Positions 1-11,517 of a DNA stretch of 64,000 nt are shown here, piece after piece. The position numbers and the translations under genes were made by a program. A model generated the notes under the pieces. That model saw only the letters and a list, made by a program, of their open reading frames with translations, was not told where the DNA came from and searched no databases. Source of the DNA: Saccostrea cucullata (lineage: Eukaryota); NCBI RefSeq assembly GCF_032062105.1, contig NW_026929454.1:62001-126000 (forward strand), read 5' to 3'. Each line of letters starts with the position of its first letter. The first letter of the stretch is position 1.

Positions 1-1993
1 CCACTCTGGCAAACCGGGATAAAACGTTCTGTTTATTGTTCGACTTTCCTCGGTCATATCATTCCACTGAGCACGTGGATGGCATATGCATATTTCTTCT
101 GTGAATAGATGCATTTGTTACCTTTGAATTTTCCATTTGAGAAGTCTTATGTTCATTACAGTGAAAGCAGCTGACAGAAGGTAAAACGTACCTCTGGTAT
201 GTAAAAACGTGAATCTTTGTAATGGTCATGTAATCATTTTCTGCAACTTAGCAGAGTTTCTAAAAACGCCATAAATCTATGTGATTTCAGTTCAGTTATT
301 AGATATCCGTTACTTAAAACTTCACTTTCCGAATTGCCTCTCCTTTTAAGTTGTGTTTGTATAGAGACTATTTGGGGCTCTGCAAGGATGATGATTTTCT
401 TTTTTTTTTTATTTAAAAATGTTAAGCAAAATGCGGTGCATTCGATATCAAATTGTAATTACATGTATTACATTTGGAAAGTAGGTACACGACATGTCAA
501 TATTGTTCAGCAGTTAGATAGAAAAAGTAGTCAGTTTGGGGATTTCCTTCAGGCGCCTCAGAAAAAAATAGACATTCTTTGCTGTACTGTTGGGTATTAG
601 GTCCACACATTGTATGGAGTACTGTTTTGGACATAAAACACGTCAACATGATCATGGAAAAGTAATATTATATTAATGTCCCAAACTGACATACTTCTTC
701 ATGTAATGTTTTTTAAGTCTAATTAAAACGTTTATTGGACGTGTTGAATATTCAATCTGTAGTCAAATATACTTTCACCTGACTGTGTGAAATTGATTTT
801 AAAATATGTTTTGCATCAATTTTGACAGTATATTATATTAAATAGACACATGTAATTAATTTCTTTAATAAAAAATTATCCCACAGTATGATAAAATTTT
901 ACACAAGGTTTCTAACTACTTGGAGTAACCATTTCCACAAATTGTTTTTATATATTTTAATGGCTGTGTTTTGTATTATGTATATTCTAGCTAATTTATT
1001 TAAATGAAGATAGGGAAGAGTTTTGTTCCTGCTGAAAAAAATTTAGATGTCCATAGGAATGTTTCGCCAAAGCTTCAATAGTAATGCAACATGGAAATTT
1101 GTATAATGTTATGGAGTTTTATGAAAATATATTGAATATTAGGTTTTTTTTTAATTTTATACACAAAAAATATTACATGTAAAGTCAAAGGTCATTGGGA
1201 ATTTAAGATCAAGGTTAAAGAGATTTGGACAAATTTGAGAAATTCTCACCAAATAATGTATCAGTGCATAAGCTTTCTTAAAATATATAGAATATACTAA
1301 TAGTTTCTTTGAAACTGGGCTAAACTCACATTTAAGAAAAGTGAGATCAAATATATACAAAGGAAAGACCAAGTTCAAAAAATGATGGCAAATTTACAAG
1401 CTCTCCCCAACATCAGAAGTTTGAGTTGTTTCTTTGATATTTGCAAGAGAGAACAATGTTTGCAGAGAGGGTAAGGCTTACCATCTTTGGCAACAGGGAA
1501 AAGATTTATAGATATAGATATTGTTTTTTTTTTAAATTTGTGTCTGTTATAATAATTCTCTTAAAATTGTGGAATGTTCTGAGTGATCTTCTAAAACTGT
1601 ATTTCATTTTTGTAGATCTACAGGAAAAATCCTATAAAATTTGCATTGAATTTCTATCCTAAAAAGAAATCCATGGTAAAACCAGACTCTTGCCAGTATG
1701 GATAAATCAGAGCCAAATTTTCAATGCCTATACTATGTCAACTTACTTTGCAAAAAAATATGGAAGGATATCCCCCCCCCACCTCGAAAACCCAGTGTTT
1801 TTCAAGGTGTGACCATCTTGCATTACTAAGTATATGATGGAACATGTACTGTCCTTATATTGTTCAAGTATATAATTATTGTTTTTTTTTCTTTACTCTG
1901 TGAAATTGTAGTTTTGAAAATGGGCAAAATAAAGAAAGTAAAAGAAAATTGTTTGGAATTCATTAAATCTTTGAATTGCTCTTAATGATTTCA

Positions 1994-2760
1994 TTATCGG
2001 CCGCAGAAGCGGCCGATATATTTGTGGTTGTGTTAGAAAGTGCACATGGGAAAATAAGAATTTTTTTTTATTAGTTCAGTAAAATAATTCTTAAATGATA
2101 ACATGAATAAAATATTTTAAAAACTTGCTTTAAACTAAGTTTTAATAATTGTTATCATGTTTCAATTACATTATCATTTCGCATCCGATAATTGATAATT
2201 CATACTTAATAAAGTAAAGCTTACAATAGGTACTCCCCATCTTGGGAGTGTGTGAGATACGAAAGGCAATCGTCAACGATGTGATAAAAGTGCATGTGGT
2301 GAATGAAAATTGGGAAAAAAATTCAAGAAAGAGAAATTTTTTTTGAATATGCTATACCAACGAATGGCACAAGAATTATTTTTCTACTTTTGCACCGCGC
2401 CGTGCAGCATAACCAACTCTGCAGAAATCATTAGGCATTATCTCGTGACAAAGATCCAGGGTATCAGCACGTAGTTCACCTTGAGAATCCTACATCTTCA
2501 TTTTGATGACAATAATTTCTTATCATTAATCATTGTCATTATGACCTATATAAGCAAATGCAGTAAAATATTTTTATTAATTAAAAAATAAATATCTATA
2601 TACCGGTATTCTGATTTGATGACAGCCTGAAATAAAAATGATCACTTATCTTGACAAGTGCTTTCCTTGCATGGATGTTTTAATAAAATTGTGAAAGTAC
2701 TTTTTGAAATGCTACATTTTGTTAGCGGCCGATTTAATGCTTTGCATCAATTTTACTTGT
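1994..2760 (+). mobile_element. Non-autonomous Helentron/HINE-like element
   Basis: 5' subTIR plus inverted repeat TTATCGGCCGC-AGAA-GCGGCCGATA; 3' subTIR GCGGCCGAT (~2725) followed by hairpin ATGC-TTT-GCAT and a CTTGT end. Absent from the paralogous copy at ~10030. Confidence 0.6.
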
Positions 2761-2806
2761 ACATTTTGCAATGGAGCTAGCTAGATGTAAATGTTTATAT
2801 GATCAA

Positions 2807-2808
<2 letters not shown>

Positions 2809-2858
<50 letters not shown>
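2809..2858. repeat. (TA)n microsatellite, left flank of the tRNA-unit insertion
   Basis: Pure TA run. Confidence 0.95.
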
Positions 2859-2862
<4 letters not shown>

Positions 2863-2963
2863 CACAATTTACAACAACTCTTAAACTAATATAACTGCCC
2901 TAAGTGAAGAAATATTAATATAGAAAGCACAAAGAAATTCACTTTTACATGGATACCCACTTC

Positions 2964-3052
2964 CGCCCCAGCCCGGGGTTGAACTCTCGACCTACGGAAT
3001 CTGTCTCCTAGCAGTGCAGGAACAGCGCGTTAGACCGCTCGGCTATCTAGGC
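2964..3052 (-). ncRNA. tRNA-Leu-derived Pol III head (inverted copy), not a functional tRNA
   Basis: Reverse complement of the head at 3393. Confidence 0.7.
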
Positions 3053-3392
3053 AAGCTAAAAAACTTGCTTTCGATGCCGATGGAATTCTCACAACGCTGC
3101 CCTACACTACACGGTCATTGAGAATAGAAGTGAGATACAGTTATTTGGACATTAGTTCTTAGAGGATTGTTACCAATACATGTTGTGATGAAATTAATTT
3201 ATTTATATTAGTTTAAGAGTTGTTGTAAATTGTGCTTTATAAATAAATTAATTTCATCACAACATGTATTGGTAACAATCCTCTAAGAACTAATGTCCAA
3301 ATAACTGTATCTCACTTCTATTCTCAATGACCGTGTAGTGTAGGGCAGCGTTGTGAGAATTCCATCGGCATCGAAAGCAAGTTTTTTAGCTT

Positions 3393-3481
3393 GCCTAGAT
3401 AGCCGAGCGGTCTAACGCGCTGTTCCTGCACTGCTAGGAGACAGATTCCGTAGGTCGAGAGTTCAACCCCGGGCTGGGGCG
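3393..3481 (+). ncRNA. tRNA-Leu-derived Pol III head (A and B boxes), not a functional tRNA
   Basis: GCCTAGATAGCCGAGCGGTCTAACGCGCTG matches the Leu-type D-arm/A-box. B-box is GAGTTCAACCC. The anticodon arm is expanded and the T-stem imperfect. Confidence 0.7.
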
Positions 3482-3740
3482 GAAGTGGGTATCCATGTAA
3501 AAGTGAATTTCTTTGTGCTTTCTATATTAATATTTCTTCACTTAGGGCAGTTATATTAGTTTAAGAGTTGTTGTAAATTGTGCTTTATAAATAAATTAAT
3601 TTCATCACAACATGTATTGGTAACAATCCTCTAAGAACTAATGTCCAAATAACTGTATCTCACTTCTATTCTCAATGACCGTGTAGTGTAGGGCAGCGTT
3701 GTGAGAATTCCATCGGCATCGAAAGCAAGTTTTTTAGCTT

Positions 3741-3829
3741 GCCTAGATAGCCGAGCGGTCTAACGCGCTGTTCCTGCACTGCTAGGAGACAGATTCCGTA
3801 GGTCGAGAGTTCAACCCCGGGCTGGGGCG
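3741..3829 (+). ncRNA. tRNA-Leu-derived Pol III head (second direct copy)
   Basis: Identical to 3393-3481, offset by 348 bp. Confidence 0.7.
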
Positions 3830-3867
3830 GAAGTGGGTATCCATGTAAAAGTGAATTTCTTTGTGCT

Positions 3868-3870
<3 letters not shown>

Positions 3871-3933
<63 letters not shown>
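3871..3933. repeat. (TA)n microsatellite, right flank of the tRNA-unit insertion
   Basis: Pure TA run. Confidence 0.95.
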
Positions 3934-3937
<4 letters not shown>

Positions 3938-5024
3938 TAAACCAAGGGCATTCACATCGATTTTATGTGTCTACTTTTCTTTGTGATTCATTGCTGATAA
4001 TTACAATTCTGGTAGTTTAAATAATCATCCATGTCCCACTTAAAAATTCGTAAAATACCACATTTGTTTAATTGCAAGTGGAGACAAGTTCATTCATAAA
4101 TATTGATTTTGATGTTGCACAATTTTCATTGCCTGAAATCAAAGCATTGAAGATTTTTGTTTTACAACAACATGTTCACTATTGAACAACTGTTCAATAA
4201 TAATTATGAATTACTTTAAATCACTATGTTACACAACTCCCCTTATCAATAAGTTTATTAATTTATATATATGTATATTAAAAATATCATTCTTAATGCT
4301 CTTCTACTCTTAAAAATAAAATTAATATATAGGTTGTATAATTTTTACTTTTCTTCATTTCAGACCATTCTGTGCCTCGATAAAAAGAAGTGGTCTGAAA
4401 AAAATTCTGGGCTAAAAATAGATCACATGCTGCTGTCCATGAACTACTTTCATGGTTCTTTACACTCATTCTGAAGACAACAGTGCCTTGTTTTGAACTA
4501 GAAATAACCATTTAACATCGCAAAATTGACATTTTCTCAACACATGGTTGTAGAGGGAACAATAATGCACACTTTGCATATTTTTTGGATTTTTTAAGGC
4601 TGTGCTGAATTGTGTAGCGCAGTTCTAGAGAACACATGAAAAGCATTTTTCTGTAATAGTATAAATTATTTACAAAAAAATGCATTCAGTTATGCATATA
4701 TATTGTATCTTTATCACAAGGACGTTGAAATTTCATTAAATTATAGTGTATTTCAGCCATTTCAAGAAATGTTTACATTTTGTTCTGACTGCACTAAAGG
4801 TGCCCGGACATCCTCCTTAAAATAAACATATATTATCGTACACATTTAGTACTGAAATATATGTAAAAAATTAGATATGGGCATTGTTTAATTCTAAAAA
4901 TGTATGCTTGCAAATCTATGTCGCTTCATTCATTTTAAAATTTCAAGACAAAGTACAATGATAAACCTTTAAAAGATGCTTAGTTTTCGAATAAAATGCT
5001 CCTCTGTTGCCAGCATTGTGCATG

Positions 5025-5204
5025 CATGGGTGTCGGAACCAGGGGGCTAGAGGGGGGGGCTAGGAGGGGGCTTACCCCTCCACTTTTTTCTCAAAGATAG
5101 ACATAATATGAGTATTTAAAACTGGGGCTTACCTTTTTTGTTGGTTTAGTCCCCGCCCCCTTTATATTAGCCACCCCACTCTCAATTTGCGTCCGACTCC
5201 TATG
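5025..5204. mobile_element. MITE (hAT-like), ~180 bp
   Basis: Imperfect TIRs CATGGGTGTCGGA / TCCGACTCCTATG, G-rich and C-rich interior, and similar flanks TTGTGCAT / TTGTGTAT as a possible TSD. Confidence 0.55.
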
Positions 5205-5959
5205 TTGTGTATTATCACTAAATGTTAATGACACTAAATACATCTATCATCCAATCCAGCGTTACACCAACAAAATGGCTCTAAGAAAGTGAGAGCCTAT
5301 GGATGTGCCCACCCCCCCCCCCTCCACCCTCATGAGATTTTTGTTAGACGCCATCATGTATAAAAAAAATAAACTTCTGGTGTATCTTATTTGTTTTCAT
5401 ATACACGTATATAATATAATTTCTTGTTATTGTTAAGTTTTACAGATCCCTTCTCTTTGGTATCTGAAAAATAATATTATCTAATTTCACTGGTATTTTA
5501 TGCATGTACCAGAGATTGACTATGTCTTCCATTTAAAAAATCTTTTAACAATCGAAAACCTTTTCAACGCGTCAAATTCATCTCTAATAAGTTGATCGTG
5601 TCTTATGCATATCCTTTAATGAGTGGGGAATGTCATTTCATCAATATTTCAAATGACTTGTCTAGCATGCCTTCAAATGACTTGTCTAGTATGTATCGTA
5701 ACTTTGACATTCAAAAATAAAATGATTTTATTCAAATTAAAGTTAAATACGCTATTATTTATCATCCATATATAAAACGACTAATATCTAAAGTCGTGAA
5801 TCATTTTCACACAGGGGATATTTGAAAATGTAGATTGTAACAAAAGTTCCCCATAGTTATCACATGGATTTAAAGATCAGTTAAGTGTATTTTAAGATAC
5901 CCGTTCCCCCTCCTCCAAAGACATAGCAGCTGAACAAAAAAAAGAATCTTACTTTGAAG

Positions 5960-6300
5960 TATTAAGGAAAAAATCCAATCAATAATATTTGATAATTTAA
6001 TCTCAAAACTAAAAGAGTGCAACATTTTACTACAGGACAGAATAAACAGAGAATCATATTTTATGAGATTTACTATTTTCTTGATATATCGATTAAATGT
6101 GTAGTTCAATAACTGTTTTTAAGTAACAGGTTGCCTTCAAAAAATAAACACGCAACATCCCACTGCATGCAGAGAAATGATTAAATAAACAGGTCTCCTC
6201 AATCTTCTGAGTAAAATAAATCTGTTGGAGAGAAATTTAGATTGAAGTTCCATACTAACAATTGAAAACTTGAATTCAATAATCCAATACGATTGAATGT
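5960..6300 (+). repeat. Interspersed repeat family (GTAACAGGTTG...AAACACGCAAC motif); other copies near 26540-26960, 54220-54330 and 58470-58680
   Basis: Shared motif blocks at four loci in the window. Confidence 0.55.
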
Positions 6301-7576
6301 TTTTGACCAGTATTTCTAACTTCATGCAGTAATTGTACAAAAACATGCCCAATTTAGATGTTTTTATTTCGCATAAAAAGAACGAGTGCACTTATGGGCT
6401 CCAGTAAAATGTGAAAAAATAAACAAAACATATTAAGCAAAATTTTTCATCTCAAATAATCAATTGATATCTAAACCATGCGATTCAACAAATTTTACCG
6501 CTGAAATCCACGAATATACAAAGAACAAAACTATACAATGTAGTAGGGGTCAGCCGAAATTTGTGATTTTCTATAGTTAATTGAAAACGGTCATGCATTT
6601 CAAAGCTTTTGCTAACTATGAGCCTAACGTTGTGCAAACTTGTGCGAATGACAAAAGTCGCATAATACATTTATAAAACTTGTGTGAAAGTATGAAATTT
6701 GCACACGATTAGGCTGGTACTTAAAATATTAAAAATATATAAAAAGTACAATGGTTTTCCTATAGCAAGTGAGAGCTATTTACATGTATGACCCATGTTG
6801 AACCCATGTGTGGAATAAATTATTTAAAATACTGATAGTCACGTGAGTTCTACCCAGGAAAACATTCCTCAAATGTGCTCACTGTAAAACATAGGTAGCT
6901 TTTGTATCAGTAAGTCAAAGTTGTGCCGCTTAGAGATATTTGTATGTATTTGTTTTTAAGAACACCGGAGGGTAAAGGGAGTTTATTGTCGTTCATGAAA
7001 GTGTCAAACATTTTTAACATTCGTGCAAGACAATGAAACAGGTATTGAAAGCCAAGTAAACACTCCTTTTGAATTTCAAATTCAATGAAACTGTTATTAT
7101 AATTTTTCAAATGCAAGAGTACCAATTTCTTAGTTTAATCATTATAGTTACAGGCAACTACACAACTTCATTCAATATTTTTAAAAACAGGTTTGGTGAA
7201 AGAAGTTACATTCCGCAAACGCGCCCGACTATGATCCACCATCAGATTGTTCAAGTATTGATTTAAATATCTATACCCCTTGATTTACATAAACGAAACT
7301 AAATGAAGATTCGGTACAACTTTTCCGGATTTAGGGTATCCATAAGCATTCAAAAATATTCAATTGTTTCAAATCAATGCTGATTTAAGTGAGACTTAAC
7401 ATGTTTTTTAATTAGAATTATCCACTAATATCAAACTATAACCAATAGCGAACGATCAAGTAATATTTTCTAAAGTAAAATGGCACATAAAAAGGGCCCA
7501 TTAAGTATTGCTTAAATGCACTTGTCCTTTACCTTTGTTATATCTAAATTTTAAAGATCGATTTCAACTCTACAAC

Positions 7577-10551
7577 TTAAGGGGGATGTACAAGCCATAT
7601 TGGATCTATTCTGGTCTAAAATAAGAATGCCAAGAATGCGCTTAATACTCTACCAAACTAGCAAAAAGGTTACTCAATGGGCTAATGCACTTATTACCTA
7701 CTGTTAGACACCAAAATTAATTAAAAAAATGATATTTTATGCATTAGAACTGCGCAGCTACAGGATTCAGGAGATGAAAAATGCAGTGAAAATGATGTCA
7801 GTTCGGTTCATTAATAATATGGCTACAATAATTTGTTTTGCTTTTTTCTTGTCATTATCCATAATTCTTGAAAATTTGATTTTTCTTATGGTGGTCTTCC
7901 TGAAGCCATGTGTTCATGATGTCATCCATTCCTCTGTCACACAGAGTGAAAATTATATTGATTTTAGAATAAATGCGACAGTAACAACATCAAGACAAGA
8001 CAATTCTCATAATTATTAGGTTATACAACTTACTACATTTATTTGTTGCATTGCATCGTCTGATTGATGATAAAACGCGATTTTTAACCCCACTCTGGCA
8101 AATCGGGAAGAAAAGTTCTGTCTATCGCTTGAGTTTCCTCGGTCATATCATTCCACAGAGCATGTTGATGGCATATGCACATGTCTTCTGTGAATAGATG
8201 CATTTGTAACCTTTGAATTTTCCATTTGAGAAGTCTTATGTCCATTATTTACAGTGAAAACAGCTGACAGAAGGTTAGACATATTTCTGGTATGTAGAAA
8301 CGTGAATCTTTGTGTGAATCCTTGTAATGAACATGTAATTATTTTCTGCAACTTAGCAGAGTTTCTAAAAACGCTATATATCTATGTGATTTCAGTTCAG
8401 TTATAAGATATCCGTCAATTAAAACTTCAGGTTCCGAATTGCATCTCCTTTAAGTTGTGTTTGTAGAGAGACTATTTGGGGCTCTGCAAGGATGATGATT
8501 TTCTTTGTTTGATTTGAAAATGTTAAGCAAGATGCGGTGCATTCGATATCAAATTGTAATTACATGTATTACATTTGCAAAGTTGGTACACGACATGTCA
8601 ATATTGTCAGCAGTTAGATAGAAAAAGTAGTCAGTTTGGGGATTTCCTTCAGGCGCCTCAGAAAAAATAGACATTCTTTGCTGTACTGTTGGGTATTAGG
8701 TCCACACATTGTATGGAGTACTGTTTTGGACATAAAACACATCAACTTGATCATGAAAAAGTAATATATATATTAATGTCCCAAACTGACATACTTCTTC
8801 ATGTAATGTTTTTTAAAGTCTAATTAAAAAAGTTAATTGGACATGTTGAATATTCAATCTGTAGTCAGATATACTTTTCACCTGACTGTGTGAAATTGAT
8901 TTTAAATATGTTTTGCATCAATTTTGACATTATATTATATAGACACATGCAATTAATTTCTGTAATGAAAAATTACCTCATAGTATGATAAAAGTTTACA
9001 CAAGGTTTCTAACTACTTGGAGTAACCCCTTCCGCAATTGCTTTTATATATTTTAATGGCTGTGTTTTGTATCATGTATATTCTAGCTAATTTATTTAAA
9101 TGAGGATAGGGAAGCGTTTTGTTCCTCATGTTCCTGGTGAAAACAATTCATAAGTCCATAGGATATGAATGTTCCACCCAAGCTTCAACAGTAAAGCAAT
9201 GGAAATTTGTATCATGGTATGGAGTTTCATGAAAATATATTGAATATTAGAATTTTTTTTTTATTCGATACACAAAAAATATTAAAGTCAAAGGTCATTG
9301 GGAATTTAAGATCAAGGTTTAAGAGATTTGGACAAATTTGAGAAATTCTCACCAAATAATGTATCAATGCATGAGCTTTCCTAAAATATATAGAATACAC
9401 CAGTAGTTTCTTTGAAACTGGGCTAAACTCACTTTTTTCAAATATATACAAACGAAAGACCAAGTTAAAAAATGATGGCAAATTAAGAAGCTCTCCCCAA
9501 CATCAGAAGTTTGATAAAATATCTTGAGTTGTTTCTTTGATATTTGCAAGAGAGAACAATGTTTGCAGAGAGGTTAAGGCTTATCATCTTTGGCAACAGG
9601 GAAAAGATTTATAGATATTGTTTTTTTAAATTTGTGTCTGTTATAATGATTCTCTTAAAATTGTGGAATGTTCTGAGTTTATCTTCTAAAACTGTATTTC
9701 ATTTTTGTAGATCTACGAGGAAAATCCTATGAAATTTGCATTGAATTTCTATCCTAAAAAAAATCCATGGTAAAACCAGACTCTTGCCAGTATGGATAAA
9801 TCAGAGCCAACTTTTCAATGCCTATACTATGTCCATCTTTGCAAATAAATGTTGGAGGATACCCCCCCCCCCGAAAACCCAGGGTTTTTCAAGATATGAC
9901 CATCTTGCATTACAAAGTATATGATGGAACATATACTGTCCTTATATTGTTCAAATATAATTATTGATTTTTTTCTATTCTGTGAAATTCTAGTTTTGAA
10001 AATGGGCAAAAAAAAGAAAGTAAAAGAAATTGTTTATATGATAAAATGTATATATATGTACTAAAACAAGGGCATTCACATGGATTTTAAGTGTCTACTT
10101 TTCTTTGTGATTCATTGCTGTCAATTACAATTCTGGTAGTTAAAATAATCATCCATGTCCCACTTAAAAATTCGTAAAATACCACATTTGTTTCATTGCA
10201 AGTTGAGAAATTTCATTCATTAATTTTGATTTTGATGTTGTACATTTTTCGTTGCCTGGAATCAAAGCATTGAAGATTTTTGTTTTATAACAACATGTTC
10301 ACTATAAAACAATTGTTCAATGATAATTATGAATTACTTTAAATCACTATGTTACAAAACTCCCCTTATCAATATGTTTATCAACTTTATGTATTTCTTT
10401 AAATATCATTCTTAATTCTCTTCTATTTGTAAAAATAAAATTAATGTAGAGGTTGCATAATTTTTACTTTTCTTCATTTCAGACCATTCTGTGCCTCGAT
10501 AATAAGAAGTTGTCTGGAAAAAATTCTGGGCTAACAATAGATCACATGCTG
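7577..10551. mobile_element. Copy 2 of the TTAA-flanked DNA transposon, truncated by the Gypsy insertion
   Basis: Starts TTAA|GGGGGATGT. 8090-10551 is homologous to 1-~4430 without the HINE and the tRNA array. Homology stops at CACATGCTG, where the LTR starts. Confidence 0.6.
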
Positions 10552-11422
10552 TGTCGGGGATGTATTCCGGAATTCTGATTATCCGCCATGAACAGTCTAG
10601 ATTTATGTTAAACTATTTTTGTCAATTAACCTGTTCCTGATTTATTCGACTTCAGTTCTCTAACTCCCTTATTTTAGTGAATTCTTAGCATTGGGTTGAT
10701 AATCTAATTTGTGAATTAACATTGTAGTATCCTTGTGTATTTAATATTTCGTTTGTAGTGAATAGAATAGTATTTGCTACCTGGTGTCCAACGAAATACG
10801 CACGGACGGTTTATCTACTTTATCCCAAGGGGGCATGTAACACCTGGGGTCTAAGTAGATGTGGGGAGTGCCGAGCACGCGGTTTGGGGAGAACAAAGAA
10901 GGCTGTTGAGATAGGCAGACGTATTTAGGTTTATGCAGACGTAGTTAGGTTGATTGTATGTACATGGGTACTTGAGTTAGGAAGATTTCTATATTTCCTA
11001 GTATCTAACTATTAATAGACAATAGGGTTGTTGGACTGTTTTGTCCTGTTTATTAATTTGGTTGATTCGTGGCCTGTTGAGGGTGCTGGAATCTGGGTTC
11101 ATACTAATTAAGTGCATGACTGTCGCTTTACGTTGTTTGTAAAGGTGGGACCCTGTATTTTGTTCTATTGTGTCAGTCTTTGCGGTAGAGCACTGGTTTG
11201 GTTTTTGTCTGCCGTTTTGTTGGCTTAGTATGATTTCTTAGCATGTTTTGTAAATACGTTGAATATATTTAGTCTGTATATACGTTGAGCTTATTTGTAT
11301 ATTTTGGCAGCGCACATTAGTCATAGTTCTATCTATCCTTAAGGTCTGAATTTTATCAGACCCGATCCCTGAGTGTTGTAGGGAGGCCGGTTCGGTTCTA
11401 ATCCGTCCCCTTACACGTTACA
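10552..11422 (+). repeat. 5' LTR of the Gypsy element (TG...CA, ~870 bp)
   Basis: Begins TGTCGGGG exactly at the breakpoint with the paralogous sequence and ends GTTACA just before the primer site. Confidence 0.75.
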
Positions 11423-11430
11423 TAAATTAG

Positions 11431-11445
11431 TGGCAGCGATGGGAT
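11431..11445 (+). promoter_or_regulatory. Primer binding site complementary to the tRNA-Leu 3' end
   Basis: TGGCAGCGATGGGAT, 8 nt after the LTR end. Confidence 0.8.
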
Positions 11446-11517
11446 ATAGGGATTGTACATAAGATCTATTTGAGATAAAAGAAAATCATACTTGTTACAT
11501 ATAATTGAATTGCAGCC

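Larger units (their letters stand above)
2857..3870. mobile_element. Array of a 348-bp tRNA-containing unit: one inverted copy (~2857-3205) then ~1.9 direct copies (~3204-3870)
   Basis: Period of 348 bp (AAATAAATTA at 3241 and 3589). Copies look identical by eye. Embedded in (TA)n and absent from the paralog, which has only a short TA run at ~10048. Confidence 0.85.
1..4820. mobile_element. Copy 1 of a ~3.4 kb non-autonomous TTAA-flanked DNA transposon (Kolobok/piggyBac-like termini); left end lies outside the window; carries two nested insertions
   Basis: Positions 1-~4430 align with 8090-10551. The right end ACATCCTCC|TTAA (4808-4820) is a near reverse complement of TTAA|GGGGGATGT at 7577. 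The subterminal motif TGTAGCGCAGTTCTAG (~4613) is inverted relative to TAGAACTGCGCAGCTACA (~7746). Confidence 0.6.

Noticed and set aside
1150-1700. Protein-coding gene in the duplicated segment (short ORFs and exon-like pieces, also at 4363-4474 and 9227-9732)
   Set aside because: Frames are not preserved between the two copies and no domain is recognisable. At most these are decayed transposon coding remnants.
3345-3400. Hammerhead-like string in the 348-bp unit (TTGTGA-G...C-GAAA followed by a hairpin)
   Set aside because: The core reads UUG-UGA rather than CUGANGA, the invariant U16.1 is C, and stem I is weak. Not callable without an Infernal hit or a cleavage assay.
3393-3481. Functional tRNA gene
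   Set aside because: The anticodon arm is expanded with no 7-nt loop, the T-stem and acceptor stem are imperfect, and it lies inside a repeat unit.
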